From NCBI GenBank assembly GCA_963718915.1, contig CAVRAI010000003.1, positions 878,536-910,535 of the forward strand: DNA of 32,000 bases. The letters are read 5' to 3'. Source of the stretch: an uncultured Chloroflexia bacterium (GTDB taxonomy: Bacteria > Chloroflexota > Ktedonobacteria > Ktedonobacterales > JADMIN01). Under the pieces are notes generated by a model, which saw nothing but the letters and a program-made list of their open reading frames with translations, did not search any database and was not told the DNA's origin. Position numbers and translations under genes: made by a program. Positions 8,853 to 17,669 of the stretch are shown in pieces (position 1 is the stretch's first letter; each line of letters starts with the position of its first letter).

Positions 8853-9242
8853 TCACCTTTCGTCCTTCTGGTGTTGGGCAGACACTGCCGCGCGATTGGC
8901 CTCTGGGGGAGACGCCGCTGATCGCGTCACATGGCGCGCCATCTGCCATGCGCCCGCTATGGTCTGGCGTATTCCCCTAAAAATGCGGATTCGCGTGGAT
9001 GGGCGCCGCTGCTCGCGCTGCCACCGTGTCAGACGACGACGAGCCGATGCTGTTCGCTCCATCTCCTGAATTCCAGCCTGCTGGCCGGGTGTGGCGGGGA
9101 CAAGCCGCGCGCCATCCCATACCCAGTATTCAATATCATGGTCGTCATCCCAAGGGTCAGGGTACGGTGCGTCGGCACTATCCATCTCGTTTGTATCGCC
9201 CGGTATGTCGTTCCAGTTATTCCTATCGTCCCAGCTATTCAT
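8853..9242 (-). CDS. Hypothetical protein (acidic W/D-rich N-terminus, basic C-terminus) inside the kdp operon
   Basis: The 129-aa ORF exactly fills the kdpC to kdpD-N gap on the same strand. Its stop lies 9 nt before the kdpD-N start. No family recognised, and its codon bias is weaker than in the neighbouring genes. Confidence 0.45.
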   Translation of the reverse strand: MNSWDDRNNWNDIPGDTNEMDSADAPYPDPWDDDHDIEYWVWDGARLVPATPGQQAGIQEMERTASARRRLTRWQREQRRPSTRIRIFRGIRQTIAGAWQMARHVTRSAASPPEANRAAVSAQHQKDER

Positions 9243-9272
9243 ATGGCATCACCATGTTTCCCGCCAGACGCG

Positions 9273-9977
9273 CTATCCCTGCGCCCCCGAAGCCGCATCC
9301 AGCGCCAGATTGAGATCGAGCACGTTGACCCGTGGCTCGCCAAACAACCCGAGAAATCGTCCGGTGATATGTTGATCGACCATGGCGCGCACCGCGGCCT
9401 GGCTCATGCCACGCGCCTTCGCGACCCGTGGAATCTGGTAATAGGCAGCGGCAACCGAGATGTCAGGGTCCAGGCCCGACGCCGACGCCGTCACCAGATC
9501 AACCGGAATCGGCGTGCCCGCTGGCACATCGGGATTCTCCTGCTTCAGCGCGGCGATGCGCTGCTGTACCGTCTGCGTGAGCGCGCTATTGGTCGGTCCC
9601 AGATTCGAGCCGCCGGAGTTGTCAGCCTGGTAGGGCGCGGGCGTCCCCTGGAGATTCAGCGTCGCCGAGGGACGTCCGTGGAAATACTGCGGCTGCGTCC
9701 AGTACTGGCCGATGAGGCGCGAGCCAACCGGTTTGCCGTTCTGGTAGATCAGCGAGCCATTCGCCTGCGACGGGAAGAGCGCCTGCGCCACGCCCGTTGT
9801 CACCACGGGGTAGAGGATACCGGCGATCAGCGTCAGCAGCAGCGTCAGCAGAATCGCTGGCCGTAGCTGGCGCAGGATGGCGCGGCGTCCGTTCTCTGGC
9901 GCTGGCTCCGGCTCGTCGGCGAGGGGTGGCGTCTGCTCCTGCGTTTCAATCAACGTCTTGCTCATAGATGGATTCAC
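9273..9977 (-). CDS. kdpC: Potassium-transporting ATPase subunit C
   Basis: An N-terminal TM, then GSRLIGQ...FHGRPSA...SGGSNLGPTN...ASASGLDPDIS..A..Q..RVA, a typical KdpC pattern. Confidence 0.95.
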   Translation of the reverse strand: MNPSMSKTLIETQEQTPPLADEPEPAPENGRRAILRQLRPAILLTLLLTLIAGILYPVVTTGVAQALFPSQANGSLIYQNGKPVGSRLIGQYWTQPQYFHGRPSATLNLQGTPAPYQADNSGGSNLGPTNSALTQTVQQRIAALKQENPDVPAGTPIPVDLVTASASGLDPDISVAAAYYQIPRVAKARGMSQAAVRAMVDQHITGRFLGLFGEPRVNVLDLNLALDAASGAQG

Positions 9978-10007
9978 TTTCTCGTCTCAACAATCGCCTG
10001 CCAACGT

Positions 10008-12206
10008 CTACGCCGTCAGGTGGAGCAGCACCAGAACCATATCGATCAGCTTGATGCCCACGAACGGCAGGATGATGCCGCCGACGCCGTAGAGCAGCAG
10101 ATTGCGCCGCAGCAGCGCCGCCGCGCCCATCGGTCGATACTTGACGCCACGCAGCGAGAGCGGGATCAGCGCGACGATGATGAGCGCGTTAAAGATCACT
10201 GCCGAGAGCACCGCGCTATGGGGTGTGGCGAGTCGCATGATGTTGAGCGCCTGAAGCTGCGGATAGGTGACGACGAAGACCGCCGGGATGATCGCGAAGT
10301 ACTTGGCGACATCGTTAGCGATACTGAACGTCGTCAGCGCGCCACGGGTGATAAGCAGTTGCTTGCCGACCTCAACGATTTCGATCAGCTTGGTGGGATT
10401 CGAATCGAGATCCACCATGTTGCCCGCCTCTTTGGCGGCCTGGGTTCCGCTGTTCATCGCGACGCCGACGTCGGCCTGCGCCAGCGCGGGGGCGTCGTTC
10501 GTACCGTCGCCCGTCATCGCGACGAGACGCCCGCCTGCCTGCTGCTCGCGAATCAGCTTCATCTTAGTTTCGGGCGTCGCCTGCGCCAGAAAATCGTCGA
10601 CGCCCGCCTCGTGCGCGATGGCGGCGGCGGTCAGCGGATTGTCGCCGGTAATCATCACCGTGCGGATGCCCATCTTGCGCAACTGCTCGAAGCGCTCGCT
10701 CATGCCACTCTTGACGATATCTTTGAGGTAGATGACGCCCAGCACGCGCGGCGGCTCTGCCCCGCTACGCTCGGCCACCACCAGCGGCGTGCCACCAGCC
10801 CGCGCGATGCGCTCAACCGCGGGCCGCAGGTCGCTGGGAATCGCTCCAACACCCTCGCTCACCCAGGCGATGATCGCGTCGCCAGCGCCCTTGCGCACCT
10901 GTCGTGTGGCCTTCGTAGCCCCGTTTTGCGCCACATCAACGCCGCTCATCCGGGTGGAGGCGCTGAAGGGGATGAAGGTCATCTGGGTCGGATCGCCAGC
11001 GGTCTTGCCATCGAGATGGTATTTTTCCTCAGCCAGCACGACGATGGAGCGGCCCTCCGGCGTCTCGTCTGGCAGCGAGGAGAGCAGCGCGGCCCCGGCC
11101 AACTCGCGCTCGCTCACGCCAGAGACGGGGATGAACTCGGTCGCCATGCGGTTGCCCAGTGTGATGGTGCCCGTCTTATCCAGCAGCAGCACATCCACAT
11201 CGCCCGCCGCCTCCACCGCGCGCCCGCTCATCGCCAGCACGTTGCGCTGCACCAGGCGGTCCATCCCGGCGATACCGATGGCCGAGAGCAGCCCGCCGAT
11301 GGTCGTCGGGATCAGGCAGACCAGCAGGGCGATCAGCGCGGCAATCGAGACGGCGGCGCCTGAATAGATGGCGAACGGTTCAAGGGTGACGACGGCGAGC
11401 ATGAAGATGATGGTAAGGCTCGCCAGCAGGATGTTGAGCGCGATCTCGTTCGGCGTCTTCTGGCGACTGGCGCCCTCAACCAGCGCAATCATGCGGTCGA
11501 GGAACGTCTCGCCGGGATTGGAGGAGATGCGGACGATAATCCAATCGGAGAGTACCCGCGTGCCGCCTGTCACCGAGGAGCGGTCGCCGCCACTCTCGCG
11601 GATGACCGGCGCCGACTCGCCGGTAATAGCGGATTCATCCACCGAGGCGACGCCCTCGATAACCTCGCCATCGCCGGGAATCAGGTCGCCCGCCGCGATC
11701 AGCACCAGGTCGCCTTTGCGCAGTTGTGGCGCGGCAACCTCCTCGACAGACGTATCCGGCCCCAACTGCCCCACTTGTTTGCCCGTCACTCGTTTGGCGA
11801 GCGTCTCGCTGCGGGCGTGGCGCAGGGTGTCAGCCTGGGCCTTGCCACGACCCTCGGCCATCGCCTCGGCGAAGTTGGCGAAGAGGACGGTGAACCAGAG
11901 CCAGACCGCCACCCCCGCGACGAAGCCACGGTCGCCCGCAAGCTGCGGATCGAGCAGCGTATGGACGAACTCAATGGAGGTGATGACGCTGCCGATCTCG
12001 ACGACGAACATCACCGGATTCCTCGCCTGCACGCGCGGATCGAGCTTCTTGAATGCATCGGCGATTGCCCGGCGCGTTATCGCCGGATCGAAGAGCGACG
12101 CGCCCCGGCGTGGACGGCGAGATTTAGCGACCTTGCTGCCAACTCTGCCCGGCTGTTCCATGCTATCCGCCACAGCGGCCTGAGACGTTTGTTCGCGATC
12201 TATCAT
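10008..12206 (-). CDS. kdpB: Potassium-transporting P-type ATPase subunit B
   Basis: DKTGTIT phosphorylation motif, [26 protein letters not shown], and the KdpB-type N-terminus (FDPAI...A..KLDPR). Confidence 0.97.
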   Translation of the reverse strand: MIDREQTSQAAVADSMEQPGRVGSKVAKSRRPRRGASLFDPAITRRAIADAFKKLDPRVQARNPVMFVVEIGSVITSIEFVHTLLDPQLAGDRGFVAGVAVWLWFTVLFANFAEAMAEGRGKAQADTLRHARSETLAKRVTGKQVGQLGPDTSVEEVAAPQLRKGDLVLIAAGDLIPGDGEVIEGVASVDESAITGESAPVIRESGGDRSSVTGGTRVLSDWIIVRISSNPGETFLDRMIALVEGASRQKTPNEIALNILLASLTIIFMLAVVTLEPFAIYSGAAVSIAALIALLVCLIPTTIGGLLSAIGIAGMDRLVQRNVLAMSGRAVEAAGDVDVLLLDKTGTITLGNRMATEFIPVSGVSERELAGAALLSSLPDETPEGRSIVVLAEEKYHLDGKTAGDPTQMTFIPFSASTRMSGVDVAQNGATKATRQVRKGAGDAIIAWVSEGVGAIPSDLRPAVERIARAGGTPLVVAERSGAEPPRVLGVIYLKDIVKSGMSERFEQLRKMGIRTVMITGDNPLTAAAIAHEAGVDDFLAQATPETKMKLIREQQAGGRLVAMTGDGTNDAPALAQADVGVAMNSGTQAAKEAGNMVDLDSNPTKLIEIVEVGKQLLITRGALTTFSIANDVAKYFAIIPAVFVVTYPQLQALNIMRLATPHSAVLSAVIFNALIIVALIPLSLRGVKYRPMGAAALLRRNLLLYGVGGIILPFVGIKLIDMVLVLLHLTA

Positions 12207-12232
12207 ACCGATTCCCTGCCTGCCTCATCTGC

Positions 12233-13994
12233 CTAGAATGACTTGCCCGCCAGCATCAGCAGTTGCTCGACAATAGGGCCGAGCGCCAGCGCTGGGAAGA
12301 ATGTGAGCGCGCCGACGATGACGATCACGCCGACGACCAGCCCCGAAAACAGCGGTGTCGTCGTCGGGAAGGTGCCCGGCCCGGCTGGCGTCACCCGCTT
12401 GCGCACCAGCGAGCCAGCCAGCGCCAGCACGGGAATCAGGAAGGCGAAGCGGCCAATCAGCATGGCAAACGCGCCGGTCCAGTTGTAGAGGACGAAGGAT
12501 GGCGTGCCGACGGTCGTGGTGCCCAACCCGGCGAACGCCGAGCCATTGTTGCCGGTCATCGAGCTGAAGGCGTAGAGAATCTCCGAGAGACCATGCGGCC
12601 CAGGATTGGCAATCGCCGCTGTCCCCGCCCTGAGTGCGATGGCAAGCGCGGTGAAGCCGAGGATCGAGAGCGGCAGAATCAGGATGGCCAGCGCGGCCAT
12701 CTTCATCTCGTACTGCTGGATCTTCTTGCCCAGGTATTCGGGCGTGCGGCCCACCATCAGCCCGGCGATGAAGACCGAGAGGATGGCGAAGACGATCAGG
12801 CCGTAGAGGCCGGAGCCAACGCCGCCGAAGATGATCTCGCCAAGCTGGATGTTCACCATCGGCACCATGCCGCCGAGCGGGGTGTAGCTATCGAGCCAGC
12901 TATTGATCGCGCCGCACGAGGCGTCGGTGGTGACGGTGGCGAAGAGCGTGGAGGAGGCGATGCCAAAGCGCATCTCCTTGCCCTCCATGTTGCCGCCCGG
13001 CTGCGATAGCGACCACTCGTTCGCCGTCTGATTGACGCCGAGCTGCGTCAGTTGGGGATTCCCCGCCTGCTCCGCGCCAAAGGTGATGAACGCGCCCAGC
13101 AGGAAGAGCACGCTGACCGCGCCCAGGAGCGCCCAGCCCTGTTTGGTGTTCCCCGCCATCTTGCCAAACATGTAGATGAGGGCAGCGCCCAGCGCGAAGA
13201 TAGAGAGCATCTCGATCAGGTTGGTGAACGGCGTGGGGTTCTCGAACGGGTGCGCCGAGTTGGCGTTGAAGAAGCCACCGCCGTTGGTCCCAAACATCTT
13301 GATCGCCTCCTGCGAGGCGACCGGCCCCTGCGCGATAGTCTGAACGAAGCCCTGAACGCCTGTTATGTGGATGTAGGCGTTGAAGTTCTGCGGCACGCCC
13401 TGCCAGACCAGGAAGAGCGCGTAGACGAAACAGATGGGCAGCAGAATATAGAGGAAGCAGCGCGTCAGATCCACCCAGAAGTTGCCAAGCGAGCGTCCGC
13501 TCTGGCGAGTGAGGCCGCGAATCACCGCGACCGCCAGCACCACGCCAACGGCGGCGGAGGCGAAGTTATGGAAGGCGAGGCCAGCCATCTGCGTAAAGTA
13601 GCTCATGGTTGTCTCGCCGCTGTAGTTCTGCCAGTTTGTGTTGGTGGAGAAGCTGACAGCGGTGTTGAAGGCCAGCAGCGGATCCACCTTGCCCATCCCG
13701 TTGGGGTTGAGCGGCAGGATATCCTGCAGCCGCTGGATGAGGTAGAGCAGCAGGATGCCGAGCGGCGGTGAAGGACAGCATGGAGACGGCGTAGATCTTC
13801 CAGTCCTGCTCTCGCCGTTCGTCTACTCCGCCGAGCCAGTACAGCCCGCGCTCGACTGGCCGCAACAGCGGACTCAGCCAGGTGCGCCTGCCACTGAAGA
13901 CGGCGGTGAGGTAGAGGCCCAGCGGTTTGGTGATGAGCAGCACCAGCAGAAAGAAGACGATAATCTGGGCAACGCCGTTGAATGTGAACGACAT
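12233..13994 (-). pseudogene. kdpA: Potassium-transporting ATPase subunit A, split by a 1-nt frameshift near 13757-13770
   Basis: The two track ORFs (13566-13994 and 12233-13696) together match KdpA. The total span is 1762 nt, which is 3n+1. Skipping one base in CACCGCCGCTCGGC (minus strand) gives ...[45 protein letters not shown]. Confidence 0.9.
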
Positions 13995-14017
13995 ACCGAA
14001 ATGCCAGCCTCAGCTTC

Positions 14018-14107
14018 CTAGAATTTATCAGGCCGCAGCAAGGCGACCGCGAGATACACCATCACCAGCAGGGCGACGAGGCCAACAAGCACGTATTCGA
14101 TGTTCAT
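14018..14107 (-). CDS. kdpF: KdpF-like small hydrophobic subunit (29 aa)
   Basis: Hand-translated as MNIEYVLVGLVALLVMVYLAVALLRPDKF*. It has the KdpF-type C-terminus (ALLRP.KF) and AAGGGAG upstream, and sits 23 nt before the kdpA start. Confidence 0.75.
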   Translation of the reverse strand: MNIEYVLVGLVALLVMVYLAVALLRPDKF

Positions 14108-14131
14108 AGCTTCTTCGACTCCCTTATCCCC

Positions 14132-14215
14132 TCACAGCCGGTCGCAGGCGAACGCGAACGCGACCATCAGCGCGAAGAAGGCCAGCGTCACCACCGCAAA
14201 GAGAAGATCGGCCAT
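14132..14215 (-). CDS. Second small hydrophobic peptide (27 aa) upstream of kdpF
   Basis: Hand-translated as MADLLFAVVTLAFFALMVAFAFACDRL*. It has a single TM and the same strand and spacing as the operon genes. There is no family assignment and the RBS is weak. Confidence 0.35.
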   Translation of the reverse strand: MADLLFAVVTLAFFALMVAFAFACDRL

Positions 14216-14248
14216 AGCCACCAACCCATTTCTTTCAACTCTCTCAAC

Positions 14249-14653
14249 TCACTGGCCGTCATAGAAGGCCGATGTATCCGATACATCCGATGTATTCAGC
14301 GGGCTGCCGGTGACACGCCCGACGAGACGGACGAGCGCATCCACGGGAAAGGGCTTCAGCAGCACCGCCGCCGGGTGAAACTCATCCAGCCGTCGCCGCA
14401 CCGGGCGTAGCGCCGTCATCAGGATGACCGGTGGCACATCGGCGCCTTTGAGCGCGCGCAGGACATCCCAGCCGGTCTGATCCGGCAGGTTCACATCTAG
14501 CAGCAGCGCATCGAACGGCCTGCCAGCGCGCAAGGCAGCGATGGCGGCGGCGGCGCTATCCGCCTCGGTGACATGGTAGCCACGGCGCGACAGGTTGCGG
14601 GCGAGGATGCGCCGTAACGGCTCTTCGTCCTCCACCAGTAGCACGCGAGGCAT
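14249..14653 (-). CDS. Stand-alone response-regulator receiver domain protein (CheY-like)
   Basis: VLLVEDEE, LLLDVNLPD (phospho-acceptor Asp), ILMTA and LLKPF are all present. There is no output domain. The ATG at 14651-14653 has GGAGAG upstream. Confidence 0.85.
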   Translation of the reverse strand: MPRVLLVEDEEPLRRILARNLSRRGYHVTEADSAAAAIAALRAGRPFDALLLDVNLPDQTGWDVLRALKGADVPPVILMTALRPVRRRLDEFHPAAVLLKPFPVDALVRLVGRVTGSPLNTSDVSDTSAFYDGQ

Positions 14654-14718
14654 CGCTCTCCGCCCTTCTGACTGCACTCCCTGAACGGCAATTTCCACGT
14701 TCAGAGCGTATGCCAGTG

Positions 14719-14770
14719 GGCGTAAAGGAGGCGTAAAGATGAGGAGTGAAGGCGTCAGGATTTCGTAAAG
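14719..14770 (-). promoter_or_regulatory. Phased direct repeats CTTTACGCC (four sites; starts separated by 11, 21 and 11 bp); OmpR/KdpE-type box candidate
   Basis: On the plus strand the sites are GGCGTAAAG at 14719 and 14730, GGCGTCAGG at 14751 and TTCGTAAAG at 14762. They lie 66-117 nt upstream of the receiver/kdp operon start. Confidence 0.35.
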
Positions 14771-14831
14771 ATTCGAGCGGGAGGCATGCTATACTTGTTG
14801 TGATAAATGCTCCTGGATAGGAGAAGAATCT

Positions 14832-15110
14832 ATGAGTAAACATGCGCCTGCCAGCCCAATCGAAGAAATTGTCGCCTTCTTCGCAGATGGCCCATCACGA
14901 GACGACGTTGCCGCATTTCGCCTCTCAAAAGACGCCCAGGAACATATCAGCGCGCTGCTGGAGAAGAACCGTTCAGGAACGTTGACAAGCGCAGAAGAAC
15001 ACGAGCTTGACAGGGTAATGGCTCTCAATGAGGTCGTCTCGCTCATTCAGGCCCGCGCCAGAGTCCATACTTTAACATCGTCCAGACCTGCCAATCTGCC
15101 TGGCGCATGA
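14832..15110 (+). CDS. Small helical protein, upstream partner of the HNH endonuclease
   Basis: 92-aa ORF with the RBS GGAGAAG. Its stop overlaps the HNH start (ATGA at 15107-15110). The pattern LSKDAQEHISALLEKNRSGTLTSAEEHELD matches small partners I recall seeing with such HNH genes. Confidence 0.6.
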   Translation: MSKHAPASPIEEIVAFFADGPSRDDVAAFRLSKDAQEHISALLEKNRSGTLTSAEEHELDRVMALNEVVSLIQARARVHTLTSSRPANLPGA

Positions 15111-15541
15111 GTGAGACTCATATTCCTACGGCATTACGCCGTGAAGTGATTGCACGCGTCGGCAATCGCTGCGAGTATTCTGGAATGCCGGATGATGCCA
15201 CACTCGTTTCGCACGAAGTTGATCATGTCGTTGCGGAGCGGCACGGTGGCAAGGCAGTTCGAGATAATCTTGCGTATTCTTGTTTCCGCTGTAATCGTTT
15301 CAAGGGCACTGATCTGACATCAATTGACCCACAGACTGGCAAGATTACTCGTCTCTTTGATCCACGCGCAGACAAGTGGCAGAGGCATTTTCGGCTGGCG
15401 GGATCTGACAATGCGATCATCGAGCCACTCACAGTGGTTGGCCGAACGACGGCGCAATTTCTCAGATTCAACGATATTGAGTGGATATTGTTGCGGGCAG
15501 AGCTACAGCGACAAGGACGGTATACAGCGCCCTCTTCTTGA
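15107..15541 (+). CDS. HNH endonuclease family protein
   Basis: CEYSG...HEVDHVVAERHGG....NLAYSCFRCNRFKG is an HNH/zinc-finger core. The tail FDPR...W..HF is typical of this small HNH family. Confidence 0.85.
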   Translation: MSETHIPTALRREVIARVGNRCEYSGMPDDATLVSHEVDHVVAERHGGKAVRDNLAYSCFRCNRFKGTDLTSIDPQTGKITRLFDPRADKWQRHFRLAGSDNAIIEPLTVVGRTTAQFLRFNDIEWILLRAELQRQGRYTAPSS

Positions 15542-15639
15542 ATTCGCGCCAACTCTATCCTACGCCGGGCTGCGAACGGTACCGCTCCTGCACGCCAGAA
15601 CTGAGATATAGATAGACAGAATCCGGCAAGGGGAAAACT

Positions 15640-16419
15640 ATGTTCAGTGTGGATGATCGCAATCGCGTGCGTGACCGCGTGCTCGCGCTGGCGGCGTCTG
15701 ATCCGCGCGTGGTCGCCGGAGCGGTCGTCGGTTCGCTCGCCCTTCAGGAAGGTGACCGCTGGTCTGACCTCGATCTGACCTTTGCGGTCGCGGATGACGC
15801 GCCCGTGCCTGATGTTCTGAACGACTGGACCGGCGCCATCGTCGACGAATGTCATGCGGTTGTGCTCTTCGATTTGCCTGCTGGCGCTAGCATCTACCGC
15901 GTCTTCATGCTGCCAGGCTGCCTGCAATTCGACCTGTCGTTCACCCCAGCGGCGGCGTTCGGCGCAACCAGTCCAAAGTTCAGGCTACTCTTCGGCGAGG
16001 CCGTCACGAAACCGCACACGCCAGCGCCGTCGCCACAGGAGCTTTTCGGCTACGCCGTGCATCACGCGCTCCGGGCGCGCTTCTGTATCGCGCGCGGGCG
16101 AGTCTGGCAGGCCGAATACTGGCTCAGTGGCGTCCGCGACTATGCGCTGCACCTCGCCTGTCTCCGCCGCGATCTGCCAGCGCGCAATGGCAGGGGCTTC
16201 GACGACCTGCCCGCCGACGTGCTGGCAGCCTTTGAGGGCGCTCTGGCCCGGTCACTGAATCCCGCCGAGCTACTGCGCGCGCTCGAAGTCGCCATCACGG
16301 GATTATTACACGAGGCGGCGCAGGCGCCGGAGATGGCAGAGATGGCCGCGCAGGTCGAGCCGCAGCTCCGCGAACTCACCCGCGCATGGGAGAGCGAGCC
16401 GCAAATGCCGACAGAATGA
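15640..16419 (+). CDS. Nucleotidyltransferase-domain protein (ANT/KNTase-like fold with a helical C-domain)
   Basis: The Pol-beta-type NTase motif is GSLALQEGDRWSDLDL (G-S...D-x-D). A helical C-terminal half follows. The substrate is unknown. Confidence 0.7.
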   Translation: MFSVDDRNRVRDRVLALAASDPRVVAGAVVGSLALQEGDRWSDLDLTFAVADDAPVPDVLNDWTGAIVDECHAVVLFDLPAGASIYRVFMLPGCLQFDLSFTPAAAFGATSPKFRLLFGEAVTKPHTPAPSPQELFGYAVHHALRARFCIARGRVWQAEYWLSGVRDYALHLACLRRDLPARNGRGFDDLPADVLAAFEGALARSLNPAELLRALEVAITGLLHEAAQAPEMAEMAAQVEPQLRELTRAWESEPQMPTE

Positions 16420-16504
16420 GGCTGGCGTTTTGCTTACTCTGGGTAAAAGAAAGGAGATACACCAGGGTCAGGATGTGCCACGTCTTTCATAGCAAGCATC
16501 TGCT

Positions 16505-16966
16505 TCAACCGAGGTGAGCGACCCTGCCATCTTGTAGTTCGGTCTGGCCAGATTCCAGCAATTGCTTCAACTTGCCCAGATTCTCGGCCACTGCCCGCTG
16601 AATCGGGAGCGTGATGCGCTGCGCAATCGCATGTGGCAGCGGCGCTTTGGACCACAAACGCCATTCGTCAACCACTTCGGTTCCCTGAGGACTTTCCTCA
16701 AAGGTGAAGCACATCTGCACTGGGAACATAAACCCTTCCACCTGGATGGCAACGAGGTGATTGGGCTGATAGTCGGTGATGGTCAGGTGTTGTTCGTCCG
16801 TCTTCCGCCGCTGGAAATAGCGTGTTCCAACTGTGGGCGCGCCTTCCGACAGTTGTTGAGTCTCCATAACGTAGTAGTTCCACAGAGGCATGTGCCTAAA
16901 ATCGGCGATGAAATTGAACACATCGTCGCGGGAACGCTGGATAGTAACACGATTCTCAAAGTTCAT
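16505..16966 (-). CDS. SRPBCC (START/polyketide-cyclase-like) family protein
   Basis: FENRVTIQRSRDDVFNFIADFRHMPLWN is a typical SRPBCC N-terminus. The ATG at 16964-16966 has AGGTGA upstream and overlaps the marR stop by 11 nt. Confidence 0.8.
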   Translation of the reverse strand: MNFENRVTIQRSRDDVFNFIADFRHMPLWNYYVMETQQLSEGAPTVGTRYFQRRKTDEQHLTITDYQPNHLVAIQVEGFMFPVQMCFTFEESPQGTEVVDEWRLWSKAPLPHAIAQRITLPIQRAVAENLGKLKQLLESGQTELQDGRVAHLG

Positions 16967-17447
16967 TGGTAATCTCACCTTCCTGGTATTTTCCCCGTTT
17001 CGTGCGCCTGGCAAGCGCTTTGCCTGCCGGTCGGTTTTCGATGTAGCGCCAGAACATCTCCATGACCTCGGCTATGGGAACATCCTGGATCAACTGCTCA
17101 AGCTGCTGGTGGAGTATTGCTTCGACAGCGGCGACCTGTGTTGCGCGCTCCTCTCCCCGTTGCGTCAGCGTCAGGGTCACGTATCTCCGGTCATGCGAAG
17201 AGACCACGCGCTGAACCAGACCAGCCGTCACCAGGCCATTGACGAGACGACTGGGGCTGCCGCCGCTCTCGCAGACAAGCAAGCCACCTAGTTCACTCAG
17301 TGAGATGGGTTGATAGTCCTGGAGCACGCGCAGAACTTCACCCTGCGATGGCGTCAACCCCAATGGCAAGAGCGCCTCGCTAAGGGTGCGGTTCCCTTCT
17401 CGCTGCACTGCCAGCAGCAGATAGCGTATTTCTTCGGAAAGTTGCAT
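16956..17447 (-). CDS. MarR-family transcriptional regulator
   Basis: Winged-helix pattern LTPSQGEVLRVL....ISLSELGGLL......SRLVNGLV..GLV.R..S..DRR.V.L.LT..G. I preferred the ATG at 17445-17447, which has AGGTGA 5 nt upstream. Confidence 0.85.
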   Translation of the reverse strand: MQLSEEIRYLLLAVQREGNRTLSEALLPLGLTPSQGEVLRVLQDYQPISLSELGGLLVCESGGSPSRLVNGLVTAGLVQRVVSSHDRRYVTLTLTQRGEERATQVAAVEAILHQQLEQLIQDVPIAEVMEMFWRYIENRPAGKALARRTKRGKYQEGEITNEL

Positions 17448-17568
17448 AGGCTTCACCTTTCGTTGGAGCGCTGTCTACGATGACAATGCCACGAACCCAG
17501 CCAGCTTCGAGATGGACGACGCCGGTCTGAAGCTCGTGAATTTGCACCATTTGTTCTCCTGTGTCAAT

Positions 17569-17614
17569 TACGTGATGTATCATATATGACACGTTATACA
17601 TGATACATCACGTA
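17569..17614. promoter_or_regulatory. Perfect 15-bp inverted repeat TACGTGATGTATCAT-N16-ATGATACATCACGTA
   Basis: Seen by eye in the kdpE-marR intergenic region. On the minus strand it directly abuts a TTGACA hexamer. This makes it a MarR operator or promoter-architecture candidate. Confidence 0.4.
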
Positions 17615-17669
17615 TTTTACAAATGCAAGGTCTGCATGTTCTTGGTCACGACGGGGTGTGCCGCTTTGC

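Noticed and set aside
10020-11363. 447-aa plus-strand ORF, with companions at 10267-10731, 10732-11367 and 11368-12183, lying antisense to kdpB
   Set aside because: The translations are Arg/Ala/Gly/His-rich low-complexity sequence, typical of antisense frames in high-GC DNA. The opposite strand encodes an unmistakable full-length KdpB.
14654-14718. Leader hairpin CTGAACG-N10-CGTTCAG upstream of the receiver/kdp operon, considered as a possible c-di-AMP (ydaO/kimA-type) riboswitch
   Set aside because: The region is far too short and lacks the pseudo-two-fold ACGR/CCC motifs of that class. I treat it as an unremarkable 7-bp stem.
17380-17601. 73-aa minus-strand ORF (including a shorter MVQIHELQ... 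version with a GGAGAA RBS) upstream of and overlapping marR
   Set aside because: It overlaps the marR N-terminus out of frame and has no recognisable features. It most likely reflects promoter or leader sequence. A leader peptide cannot be excluded, but it is unsupported.
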